The notes: generated by a model not told the origin, from the sequence alone. A stretch of DNA of 64,000 bases from Octopus sinensis (GCF_006345805.1 NC_043010.1:13516001-13580000), one strand, 5' to 3'; shown: positions 24,900-36,810, counted from the stretch's first letter. Numbers and translations: made by a program.

Positions 24900-25297
24900 T
24901 TTTACTCTTTTACTCTTTTACATGTTTCAGTCATTTGACTGTGGCCATGCTGGAGCACCGCCTTTAAACGAGCAACTCGATCCCGCAACTTATTCTTTTG
25001 TAAGCCCAGTACTTATTCTATCGGTCTCTTTTGCCGAACCGCTAAGTAACAGGGACATAAACACACCAGCATCGGTTGTCAAGCAATGCTAGGGGGACAA
25101 ACATAGACACACACACACTCATATATATATACATATATACGACGGAATTCTTTCAGTTTCCGTCTACCAAATCCACTCACAGGGCTTTGGTCGGCCCGAG
25201 GCTATAGTAGAAGACACTTGCCCAAGGTGCCACGCAGTGGGACTGAACCTGGAACCATGTGGTTGGTTAGCAAGCTACTTACCACACAGCCACTCCT
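24900..25297 (-). mobile_element. SINE-A
   Basis: Family alignment. Confidence 0.9.
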
Positions 25298-25653
25298 TAA
25301 AAGTGTTTAGTTAACTAGAAATTGTGTTGACATGTGCCGTCCAAAAGGAAAAGATCCTATGCATGTGTATATGCGTACGTATATATTTGCATGTGTATAC
25401 GTGTGTGTATGCGCGCGCATCTGTGTGCCTCGCGCACGCGTCTGTGAGTATGCGTTTGTGAGTATACGTGCGCACGCGTGTGTATGTGTGTGTGTGTGTG
25501 TGTGGTGTGTGTGTGTCCGTATGCGTGTGTGCACGTGTATGTGTGTGTGCGCGCCCACACATACATGTGTAACTTCTAGTCGGCTTTGATCAATATTTAC
25601 CTACGATGCCGTTGTACGAGGGAATTGTAATGCGAGGAAATCAGAAATCAGAC

Positions 25654-26045
25654 GTAGGAGTGGCTGAGTGGTAAGTAGCTTGCTTACCAACCACATGGTT
25701 CCGGGTTCAGTCTCACTGCGTGGCACCTTGGGCAAGTGTCTTCTACTATAGCCTCGGGCCGACCAATGCCTTGTGAGTGGATTTGGTAGACGGAAACTGA
25801 AAGAAGCCCGTCGTATATATGTATATATATATATATATGTGCGTGTATGTGTGTGTGTTTGTCCTCCCAACCGATGCTGGTGTGTTTACGTCCTCGTAAC
25901 TTAGCGGTTCGGCAAAAGAGACCGATGGAATAAGTACTAGCTTTCCAAAGAATAAGTCCTGGGGTCGATTTGCTCGACTAAAGGGGGTGCTCCAGCATGG
26001 CCACAGTCAAATGACTGAAACAAGTAAAAGAGAGAAAGAGAAAGA
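25654..26045 (+). mobile_element. SINE-A
   Basis: Family alignment; head-to-head with the 24900 copy. Confidence 0.9.
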
Positions 26046-26059
26046 GAGAGTAAATTCGC

Positions 26060-26410
26060 CTCCCTTCTTGTCGTCTGCCATGAAGCTGTACTCAATCCCA
26101 AACTCACGCAACTAACGATAGCAGCTGCTAGTGCCCGTCTGTTCCAGCTCGCTCGCCTCACGACGGAACAGCCTGATCGTGAAATTCACGTACAAGTGGC
26201 CGAGTATTCCACAGACAGGCGTACCCTTAATGCAGTTCTCAAAGAGACTCATTGTGACAGACTGTGACAAAGATGGCCCTTTGAATTTCAGGTACAACTC
26301 ATTTTTGCCAGCTCAGTGGACTGGGTCTATGTGAAATAATGTTTGCTCAAGGATACACTGCATTACTGAGAATCGAACATACGACCATACGATCTCGAGC
26401 TAAATATTCT
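26060..26410 (-). mobile_element. SINE body D with tail beta (diverged)
   Basis: CCAGTCCACTGAGCTGGCAAAAATGAGTTGTACCTGAAATTCAAAGGGCC on minus strand. Confidence 0.6.
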
Positions 26411-26596
26411 AACTACTAAGCCACGTTTATTTGTAATAAGAAAAACATATATTCTATGAATTTCTTCCCAACTGTAATTATTTTTCTTCTGTAAGAAATG
26501 CCTCCTTTCATAAAATGCTTAATTACTATATTTCAGGTTATGTTATACTGACGATTTCTAAAAAGAATGAAACAGTCCTATACATGATTATTACCT

Positions 26597-26822
26597 ATTT
26601 CTTTATTACCCACAAGGGGCTAAACACAGAGGGGACAAACAAGGACAGACATAGGCATTAAGTCGATTACATCGACCCCAGTGCGTAACTGGTACTTAAT
26701 TTATCGACCCAGAAAGGATGAAAGGCAAAGTCGACCTCGGCGGAATTCGAACTCACAACGTAACGTAGACGAAATACCGCTAAGCATTTCGCTCGGCGTG
26801 CTAACGTTTCTGCCAGCTTGCC
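26597..26822 (-). mobile_element. SINE-B, tail 1
   Basis: Family alignment. Confidence 0.9.
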
Positions 26823-27376
26823 TATTACCGACGAGAAATTTTAAGAACTTTGTAATAAATGAGCAAAACAAAAATATGTATATTATGCATCTCTTTCCTG
26901 ATTCTTTAATTTTAAATTCAAATTTTTAATCTTGACAAATATTATGAAGAAATGATTACCTCCATAATAATAGTTGTCTTCAAGGGTACAACACGTGTTT
27001 CATTTATGAACATTATTAAAAATGTCTTCCATATTTCACTTAATTGTCCCTAAACTCACGCACAGACACACTCCGGTCTCATGGTCAGAGAGAAAAGCTG
27101 CATTCTGTCTCTACCTTTCTGCCTCTACTTTAATGGCCGAAATCGAAGCTGCCCACCTCCTCTCTTTCTTTCTCTCTGTCTCTTCTACTAGTAATATAAC
27201 GATCGAGAACAAAGTTGCCTTCTCTTTACCTCTTCTATTTGTAAAATAATGGCCGAGAGCGAAGCTGCCTTCTCTCTCTCTACCCTTTCTACTATTATTA
27301 TCACAGCTCTCGCTCTTCAGAGTTTGCTAAACTCACGCCACCTCCACTCAGTTCATTCCTGAACTGCCATTTACAG

Positions 27377-27402
<26 letters not shown>

Positions 27403-27411
<9 letters not shown>

Positions 27412-27584
27412 ACAAAGTGTACGTACGCCGCTATATAAATATATATTTAAAATACAAAATGGGACAAGAACGGAAAACATCCGGACGACTAGGGGATTTT
27501 TTTTTGTATCGTCTGTCTGGATGTTTTTGTTGTCCCTATTTGTATCACCTAGTTGTCCGGATGTTTTGCGTTCTTGTCCCATTT

Positions 27585-27636
<52 letters not shown>

Positions 27637-27830
27637 GTGTAGGAGAGAACAAAGTGTACGTACGCCGCTATATAAATATATATTTAAAATACAAAATGGG
27701 ACAAGAACGGAAAACATCCGGACGACTAGGGGATTTTTTTTTGTATCGTCTGTCTGGATGTTTTTGTTGTCCCTATTTGTATCACTTAGTTGTCCGGATG
27801 TTTTGCGTTCTTGTCCCATTTTGTATTTTA
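27403..27830. repeat. Tandem pair of hairpin elements separated by (TG)n
   Basis: Units about 27403-27586 and 27642-27830; 38-45 bp inverted arms. Confidence 0.9.
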
Positions 27831-28835
27831 TGTGTGTGTGTGTGTGTTCCCTTTCGGTTAGATACATAATGATGGGCAAAAGTCTTAGTGACTTTAACTT
27901 GCCAACGAAAAAATCCGAGTTGTTTTTTACAGTAAATGTTTCTTTTTTCGCTTTTGTTAAACACAATATTTTAATCATTTAGAAATATTTTCAAGTGAAT
28001 GTGATTTCAAAAATGTAAATTATTTGTAGAGTAAGTATTTATATTTTACCCTTCTTTAAACAGACAATATTTTAATCTTTTTTAAAATTATTTTCAAGTG
28101 AATACTATTATAAAAATTTGGGTGGGGGGCATATTTAAAAATATTTTAAAGTGAAAATGACTTTAAAAATGCGATAAATATTTCGTAAAAGACCCGTTCA
28201 TAGCCTCGGTATGAAATCCTTTTTTTCCATAGGTTTTTCTCGAGTGCATTCAACGTATCCCACTTCCAAAGATTTGGTTACTATTTCTAGCACGCCCTGC
28301 TACCACGTAACAGTTATTCGCGGTAAAGGACCCGAAATAGCTGTTACGTGGTAGCAGGGCGTGCAAGAAATGGCAGCTAAATTTTTCCTTTTCTGGGAAA
28401 AGAAGCTGTTTACGCGTATGACCTTACTCTACGTGACATATGCGAAAGCAATGAGTCATTCGGTGGAATTTTGACAATTTGCTATGGTAATTTCCGTCAG
28501 CTTCTACCAGTAGTGAAAAGGGGAAATGACGCGGACGTGGAAATGCCTGAATTGCAAAATCATACTTATGGCAAAGCTTTGAAAATTTTCAGTTGAAAAC
28601 AAACATGCAATTGAGTGAGAGAGCAGAAAACTACTCAACTACTCACAGTTCCTATTGGATATTGGAGAAGATAAGATCCAAAAAAAATGAAAATGACGAA
28701 ACTATTTTGCCAAAAGAAATGGTTCTCCGAGCAACAACTATGGAAGAATGCATTGACTTCATCTACCCTTCATTCGACAATCCAGGTGAAGTGTTTTCGA
28801 AAAATTGCATCTTAGTCACAACATCATAAGCGGAA

Positions 28836-29157
28836 AGTGTAACCTCTCGAAAGAGCTTTCTTCACTCCTGCTCCAGAGCGTGGGCTGCGGGGGTCACTCC
28901 GAAAAGCTCTACCTACGACGATTTCATCTCAATCGAAGGAGAGGGGCTTTCTCCGTCCGGGTTGCGGATCCGTGGAATAAGCTGCCAGACGAGATAGTGA
29001 AGATGCCGACGACCGCTCGGTTCAAAGTCTCCCTTGACCAGAAATGGCCTGAACTTTTTGTATGACCACCCTCCCTGTACATAACTCCCTACATGGCCAT
29101 TCTTTTGCTTTTTGAGCCAATAAAGATTAAATTTTGAAAAATTAAATTAAATTAGTA
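28836..29157 (+). mobile_element. CR1-type LINE 3' end nested in helicase
   Basis: GHSEKLY..RRGAFSVRVADPWNKLPDEIV..FKVSLD*, then (TAAAT)n tail. Confidence 0.85.
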
Positions 29158-29355
29158 CCTCTCAATCAAACGATGAGAAGCATCAATTCTGCCTGTACTA
29201 GACGCCTTACCTGGAATCATTACAGAGTACTGATCCTATAATTCTGTGAGTGCTGGTGCCAATGCCACTCATCTCCCGACTGAATTCCTTGACTCAGTTG
29301 AACCATCAGGACTGCCACCACATAAACTGGAATTGGAAAAAGGATCGCCCGTAAT

Positions 29356-29520
29356 AGGCGCAGGAGTGGCTGTGTGGTAAGTAGCTTGTTTACCAACCAC
29401 ATGGTTCCGGGTTCGGTCCCACTGCGTGGCACCTTGGGCAAGAGTCTTCTGCTATAGCCCCGGACCGAACCAATGCCTTGTGAGTGGATTTGGTAGACGG
29501 AAACTGAAAGAAGCCTGTTG

Positions 29521-29557
<37 letters not shown>

Positions 29558-29787
29558 ATATGTTTGTGTGTCAGTGTTTGTCGTCCCCCCCCCCCCAACA
29601 TCGTTTGACAACCGATACTGGTGTGTTTACGTCCCCGTCACTTAGCGGTTCGGCAAAAGAGACCGATAGAATAAGTACTGGGCTTACAAAGAATAAGTCC
29701 CGGGGTCGATTTGCTCGACTAAAGGCGGTGCTCCAGCATGGCCGCAGTCAAATGACTGAAACAAGTAAAAGAGTAAAAGAGTAAAGA
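29356..29787 (+). mobile_element. SINE-A nested in helicase
   Basis: Splits KGSPVI / ILTRNLNPP; GTAAT on both sides as candidate TSD. Confidence 0.92.
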
Positions 29788-31293
29788 GTAATTCTGACGA
29801 GAAACTTGAATCCTCCAAGGCTTTGTAATGGAACGCATATGATCGTGGAAGAACTGCACGACAATCTCACAGTTGCGAGAATCAACACAGCTACTTTCAG
29901 AAATGAAATCGTTATGATACCAATAATAATTGATCTATCCAAAGATGAGGATATCCCTTTGCAGCGAAGCCAATTCCCAGTTCAATCATGCTTCGCTATG
30001 ATAATTCATAAAACACAAGGACAAACTATGGACAACGTCTTCATTTATCTGGAACGACTTGTATTCCAGCACGGTCAACTGTATGTGGCCCTTAGCCACG
30101 GAAAACGAAAGGAGAATGTCAGAATGTTTCTGAAGGATACCCAGTCAACTAAGAATGTTGTCATCAAAAGCATTCTTGAGAACTGTTATGTGTAGTTTGG
30201 GTTCTAATGGGATGGACAACCAAATGAAGACCATTGTTATTGTTTACGTGTTTATTGCCTTACATGATACACGGACGACGACATTCAGCGTAGTAATACA
30301 TTATATACTTTACACACAGTTTGTACTGTTCACTAACAAATAGTGCCAAGAGTGGGGATGTAGTTTAACAAGAACAAACTGAGTGGAGGTGGCGTGAGTT
30401 TAGCAAACTCTGAAGAGCAAGAGCTGTGATAATAATAGTAGAAAGGGTAGAGAGAGAAGGTAGCTTCGCTCTCGACCATTATATTACAAATAGAAAAGGT
30501 AAAGAGAAGGCAACTTTGTTCTCGATCATTATATTACTAGTAGAAGAGAGAGAGAGAGAATGAGAGAGAGAGAAAGAGAGAGAGACAAAGAGGGAGAGAG
30601 AAAGAGGAAGACAGAGAGAGGAGGTGGGCAGCTTCGATTACGGCCATTATAGGAGAGAATGTTGTCATCAAAAGCATTCTTGCGAACAAACTGTAACAGC
30701 GTCAGAATATGAAAATATTCCTTCCGACATCAGAACGTGAAAGGGAAAGGAAAAATTAAGACAAGTATGAAGAATTTCCTTCATTTCGATGCAATATTGA
30801 ATTCAGCTTCAGTGTTTTATAACCTGAGCTGTCAGTGACCCAACGGGGCCGCTTACGATATCGATGTCACATTCGTTGAAAGCATACAAAATAGCCTGGG
30901 GAAAAACATAACAAAACGAAACTTCGTTGGTGGAAAACGAAGTTTCCCGGCAAACACCGAGGTCCCTACAACCCCTCTCCCTTCTTTTCCGGAAGAAAGT
31001 GGCTTGCGGTGGGTTTGGAGGTGAGATACGTTGAATGCACTCGAAAACACCTGTGGAAAAAAATCATTTCACACCGAAGTGCGAACGGGTCCTTTACGAA
31101 ATATTTACCCAAGATCGGGACAGGGGTACGAATAGAAGAGTCGATGAGACTGAGCGTCTGACGGAACAGGGGGGGGGGGGTGACAGAAGCAGGAGAGATC
31201 AGGAATCGGACATTTGAAGAATTGAGCGTCTGGTGAAACAGAGAGAAAGAGACAAAAACAGGAGACGTCATGAATCGGATGCTCATGTGAATG

Positions 31294-31676
31294 GGAAGCA
31301 CTCTGTCGGTTACGACGACGAGGGTTCCGGTTGATCCGAATCAACGGAACAGCCTGCTCGTGAAATTAACGTGTAAGTGGCTGAGCACTCCACAGACACG
31401 TGTACCCTTAACGTAGTTCTCGGGGATATTCAGCGTGACACAGAGAGTGACAAGGCCGGCCCTTTGAAATACAGGTACAACAGAAACAGGAAGTAAGAGT
31501 GAGAGAAAGTTGTGGTGAAAGAGTACAGCAGGGATCACCACCATCCCCTGCCAGAGCCTCGTGGAGCTTTAGGTGTTTTCGCTCAATAAACACTCACAAC
31601 GCCCGGTCTTGGAATCGAAACCGCGATCCTATGACCGCGAGTCCGCTGTCCTAACCACTGGGCCATTGCGCCTCCA
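31294..31676 (-). mobile_element. SINE body C with tail beta
   Basis: Near-identical to the 17085-17460 copy. Confidence 0.9.
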
Positions 31677-32489
31677 CACTCATGTGAATACAAACGGAAT
31701 AAAACAAGTTTTGCGTAAATCGGACCACGTGTGACCGAGATACGTTGTTTTTTCGGGTACCCTTATAAATAACCAAACTGGCGCAAAATGGGGGAAATGC
31801 TTTGAAAGTAAGGTACCACTGAAATGTGAATACATACGGAATAACAGAAGTTTCGCGAAAAATCAGACCACGGATTCCTAAGATACGCGGTTTTTCGGTA
31901 TAGAATTTTCTCAATAAAGCCAAGAGAAAAAGATGTTTTATAAACACATTCTACCAGTAAACGAAGTTTAAAATTTTTTAGTTACCTAGAAATTATGTTA
32001 AAAACTGCCGATCAAACCGAAAAGATCCAGATTTTTGTGCATTCGGCATTATTATTGAGTTGAGTTTGTGCGTTAATGACAGCAATGGTGTGGTTGCGCA
32101 CTGGCGTAATAGCAGTGGTTGGTGCTGTGTGAGAACTAGAAGTTTTCTTTTCTATTTCTTTTGCCAGGTCGAGGGTTTCGTACGTTCATGATTTTACTTT
32201 ATTTACAGTTGGTAGATTTATGATGGAGCTATTCAGGTTGGGCGGAGCGGGGGTGAGGGAAGAAAGGGATGATCCTTTACTAACTGGAGTAGAAGTAGTA
32301 GTGGTAATGGTAGTAGCAGTAGACTGGGATGATGACAATGATTGATGATGGACCTCGTGCTATTCGGGGGGGGGGAAATTTGAGTGACCTGACTGAAAAA
32401 GACCTAGCGATCGTGATTGTTTAATAGGTCAATTGTTCTAGTATTAAAGAGTGATTGCCAATGCTCACCCTTGCTGTTGCATTTGTTTA

Positions 32490-32492
32490 GTT

Positions 32493-32533
<41 letters not shown>

Positions 32534-32593
32534 GGTGGTGGTGGTGGTGGTGGTGGTGGTAGTAGTAGTAGTAGTGGTGGTGTGGTGGTGGTG

Positions 32594-32633
<40 letters not shown>

Positions 32634-32635
32634 AG
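32490..32635. repeat. (GTA)n/(GTG)n microsatellite
   Basis: Direct reading. Confidence 0.95.
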
Positions 32636-32814
32636 CACGATAACAGTGATGATGATGATAGGTCACTTGATCACTTGAGGTATTTTCGAGGCAACGAGGG
32701 AGTGGATAGCTGAATCTCTGAAAAGCTTGTGATTGTGGAATTTAATATCTGCAATTTATTATCTCATCAATTGTGCTAGTTTTGAGGAGTGGCCGTGATT
32801 GTTGTTGTCATCGT

Positions 32815-33000
32815 TATGACAGATCGTTAGCCACTACACACATTTGTTTTCTCTCCTTGTTTTTTTCTGTGTCCCTTTCAGTAGAAGAGCGTAGGCTCGA
32901 AACGTAAAAGACTTTTTCTATTCCTGAGCGTTATACTTATACATCTGTTTGTTTTGTACATCACCTGTCTTCGTCTTTTGTTTTTCTCGTAAACTCTCCT
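32815..33000 (+). mobile_element. Penelope-like terminal repeat, family Y
   Basis: Matches 4703-4895 inverted. Confidence 0.7.
32875..32910 (+). ncRNA. Hammerhead-like motif (U6 variant plus U4A)
   Basis: CTTT CAGTAGA A GAGC-GTAG-GCTC GAA ACGT A AAAG. Confidence 0.45.
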
Positions 33001-33119
33001 GAAATATATATATATATATCTTTAAATATAAAACCATCCAGATTTCTGAGTACCTTATTTCTTCTAATATTTAATACCTGTACATCATCTCCAAACCTTC
33101 TTATATATATATATAGTTG

Positions 33120-33280
33120 GAATTTACAAAAAAGAAAACAAAAGACGAAGACGAGTGTGTAAACAACACACAGATGTTCTAATTTAACGCTCGGCAAGTG
33201 AGAAAGTCTTTTACGTTTCGAGCCTACGCTCTTCAACAGAAAGGAACACTGAAATAATTAGAGGGAGAAAATAAAAAAGG
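33120..33280 (-). mobile_element. Penelope-like terminal repeat, family Y subfamily 2
   Basis: Same architecture with diverged flanks. Confidence 0.65.
33208..33243 (-). ncRNA. Hammerhead-like motif with U6 variant
   Basis: CTTT CTGTTGA A GAGC-GTAG-GCTC GAA ACGT A AAAG. Confidence 0.55.
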
Positions 33281-33287
33281 TCAGTCA

Positions 33288-33325
<38 letters not shown>

Positions 33326-33339
33326 GTGTGGTGTGTGTG

Positions 33340-33381
<42 letters not shown>

Positions 33382-33382
33382 C

Positions 33383-35051
33383 CTTTCGATTAGATACATT
33401 ATGATGGGCAAAAGTCTTAGTGACTTTAACTTGCCAACGAAAAAATCCGAGTTGTTTTTTACAGTAAATGTTTCCTTTTTCGCATTTGTTAAAAACAGTA
33501 TTTTAATCGTTTAGAAATATTTTCAAGTGAATGTGATTTCAAAAATGTAAATTATTTGTACAGTAAGTATTTATATTTTACCTTTCTTTAAACAGACAAT
33601 ATTTTAATCTTTTAAAAATAATTTTCAAGTGAATACTATTATAAAAATTGGGGGGGGGGGTCATATTTAAAAATATTTTAAAGTGAAAATGACTTTAAAA
33701 ATGCGATAAATATTTCGTAAAAGACCCGTTCATAGCCTCGGTATGAAATCCTTTTTTTCCATAGGTTTTTCTCGAGTGCATTCAACGTATCTCACTTCCG
33801 AAGATTTGGTTACTATTTCTAGCACGCCCTGCTACCACGTAACAGTTATTCGCGGTAAAGGACCCGAAATAGCTGTTACGTGGTAGCAGGGCGTGCAAGA
33901 AATGGCAGCTAAATCTTTCCTTTTCTGGAAAAAGAAGCTGTTTACGCGCATGACCTTACTCTACGTGACATATGCGAAAGCAATGAGTCATTCGGTGGAA
34001 TTTTGACAATTTGCTATGGTAATTTCCGTCAGCTTCTACCAGTAGTGAAAAGGGGAAATGACGCGGATGTGGAAAATGCCTGAATTGCAAAATCATACTT
34101 ATGGCAAAGCTTTGAAAATTTTCAGTTGAAAACAAACATGCAATTGAGTGAGAGAGCAGAAAACTACTCAACTACTCACAGTTCCTATTGGAATTGGAGA
34201 AGATAAGATCCAAAAAAAATGAAAATGACGAAACTATTTTGCCAAAAGAAATGGTTCTCCGAGCAACAACTATGGAAGAATGCATTGACTTCATCTACCC
34301 TTCATTCGACAATCCAGGTGAAGTGTTTTCGAAAAATTGCATCTTAGTCACAACATCATAAGCGGAAAGTGTAACCTCTCGAAAGAGCTGTTCTTCACTC
34401 CTGCTCCAGAGCGTGGGCTGCGGGGGTCACTCCGAAAAGCTCTACCTACGACGATTTCATCTCAATCGAAGGAGAGGGGCTTTCTCCGTCCGGGTTGCGG
34501 ATCCGTGGGAATAAGCTGCCGGACGAGATAGTGAAGATGCCGACGACCGCTCGGTTCAAGTCTCCCTTGACCAGAAATGGCCTGAACTTTTTGTATGACC
34601 ACCTCCTGTACATAACTCCCTACATGGCCTTGCTTTTGCTTTTTGAGCCAAAAAGATTAAATTTTGAAAAATAAATTAAATTAGGACTCTCTCAAAACGA
34701 TGAGAAGCATCAATTCTGCCTGTACTAGACGCCTTACCTGAATCATTACAGAGTACTGATCCTATAATTCTGTGAGTGCTGGTGCCAATGCCACTCATCT
34801 CCCGGACTGAATTCCTTGACTCAGTTGAACCATCAGGACTGCCACCACATAAACTGGAATTGAAAAAAGGATCGCCCCGTAATAGGCGCAGGAGTTGTCG
34901 GTGGTAAGTAGCTTGTTTACAAACACATGGTTCCGGGTTCGGTCCCACTGCGTGGCATCTTGGGCAAGAGTCTTTGCTATAGCCCCGGACCGACCAATGC
35001 CTTGTGAGTGGATTTGGTAGACGGAAACTGAAAGAAGCCTGTTGTAGATAT

Positions 35052-35095
<44 letters not shown>

Positions 35096-36799
35096 TGTGG
35101 TGTATATGTTTGGTTGTCTGTGTTTTTCGTCCCCCCCCACATCGTTTGACAACCGATACTGGTGTGTTTACGTCCCCGTCACTTAGCGGTTCGGCAAAAA
35201 GAGACCGATAGAATAAGTTACTGGGCTTACAAAGAATAAGTCCCGGGGTCGATTGCTCGACTAAAGGCGGTGCTCCAGCATGGCCGCAGTCAAATGACTG
35301 AAACAAGTAAAAGAGTAAAGAGTAATTCTGACGAGAAACTTGAATCCTCAAGGCTTTGTAATGGAACGCATAGATCGTGGAAGAACTGCACGACAATCTC
35401 ACAGTTGCGAGAATCAACACAGCTACTTTCAGAAATGAAATCGTTATGATACAAATAATAATTGATCATCCAAAGATGAGGTATCCCTTGCAGCGAAGCC
35501 AATTCCCAGTTCAATCATGCTTCGCTATGATAATTCATAAAACACAAGGACAAACTATGGACAACGTCTTCATTTATCTGGAACGACTTGTATTCCAGCA
35601 CCGGTCAACTGTATGTGGCCCTTAGCCACGGAACACGAAAGGAGAATGTCAGAAGTTTCTGAAGGATACCCAGTCAACTAAGAATGTTGTCATCAAAAGC
35701 ATTCTTGAGAAACTGTTATGTGTAGTTTGGGTTCTAATGGGATGGAAACCAAATGAAGACCTGTTATTGTTTACGTGTTTATTGCCTTATATGATACACG
35801 GAACGACGACATTCAGCGTAGTATACATTATATACTTACACACAGTTTGTACTGTTCACTAACAAATAGTGCCAAGAGTGGGGATGTAGTTTAACAAGAA
35901 CAAACTGAGTGGAGGTGGCGTGAGTTTAGCAAACTCTGAAGACCAAGAGCTGTGATAATAATAGTAGAAAGGGTAGAGAGAGAAGGCAGCTTCGCTCTCG
36001 ACCATTATATTACAAATAGAAAAGGTAAAGAGAAGGCAACTTTGTTCTCGATCATTAGTAGTAGAAGAGAGAAAGAGAGAGAGAGAAAGAGAAAGAGAGA
36101 GAGAGAAAGAGGGAGAGAGAAAGAGGGAGAGAGAAAGAGGGAGAGAGAAAGGGGAAGACAGAGAGAGGAGGTGGGCAGCTTCGATTTCGGCCGTTATAGT
36201 AGAGAATGTTGTCATCAAAAGCATTCTTGCGAATAAACTGTAACAGCGTCAGAATATGAAAATATTCCTTCCGACATCAGAACGTGAAAGGGAAAGGAAA
36301 AATTAAGACAGGTATGAAGAATTTCCTTCATTTCGATGCAATGTTGAATTCAGCTTCAGTGTTTTATAACCTGAACTGTCGGTGACCCAACTTACGTGTG
36401 ATATCGTTGTCACATTCGTTGAAAGCATGAAAAATAGCCTGGGGAAAAAATCACGAAACGAAACTTCGTTGGTGGAAAACGTAGAGTTTCCCGGCAAACA
36501 CCGAGGTCCCTACAACCCTTCTCCCTTCTTTTCCGGAAGAAAGTAGCTCGCGGTGGGTTTGGAGGTGAGATACGTTGAATGCACTCGAAAACACCCGTGG
36601 AAAAAAAATCATTTCATACCGAAGTACGAACGGGTCCTTTACGAAATTTTTACCCAAGATCGGGACAAGGGTACGAATAGAAGGGTCGATGAGACTGAGC
36701 GTCTGACGGAACAGGGGGAAAGTGACTGAAGCAGGAGAGATCAGGAATCGGACATTTGAAGAATTGAGCGTCTGGTGAAACAGAGAGAAAGAGACAAAA
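33383..36799 (+). repeat. 3.4-kb duplicated block, copy 2
   Basis: Same nested CR1 (about 34368-34683) and SINE-A (about 34884-35320) insertions; many 1-bp indels centrally. Confidence 0.95.
33930..35724 (+). pseudogene. Helitron PIF1-type helicase remnant, copy 2
   Basis: Same motifs with extra frameshifts. Confidence 0.88.
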
Positions 36800-36810
36800 G
36801 CATGTATTAT

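Larger units (their letters stand above)
28400..30195 (+). pseudogene. Helitron PIF1-type helicase remnant, copy 1
   Basis: FGGILTICYGNFRQLLPVV, LKTNM, PTEFLDSVEPSGLPPHKL, RNLNPPRLCNGT, QFPVQSCFAMIIHKTQGQT, HGQLYVALS, TKNVV. Confidence 0.92.
27851..31257 (+). repeat. 3.4-kb duplicated block, copy 1 (Helitron remnant with nested CR1 and SINE-A)
   Basis: Colinear with 33383-36799. Confidence 0.95.

Noticed and set aside
25786-25813. GACGGAAACTGAAAGAAGCCCGTC in SINE-A as a hammerhead
   Set aside because: GAAA runs directly into CTGAAAGA with no stems I or III and wrong core spacing.
29806-30195. ORF as host PIF1 gene
   Set aside because: Intronless, frameshifted, interrupted by CR1 and SINE, duplicated, and ends with the Helitron-type TKNVV motif.
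30700-31260. GC-richer segment at the end of the duplicated block as a transposase
   Set aside because: Hand translation shows stops in the frames examined and no recognisable motif.
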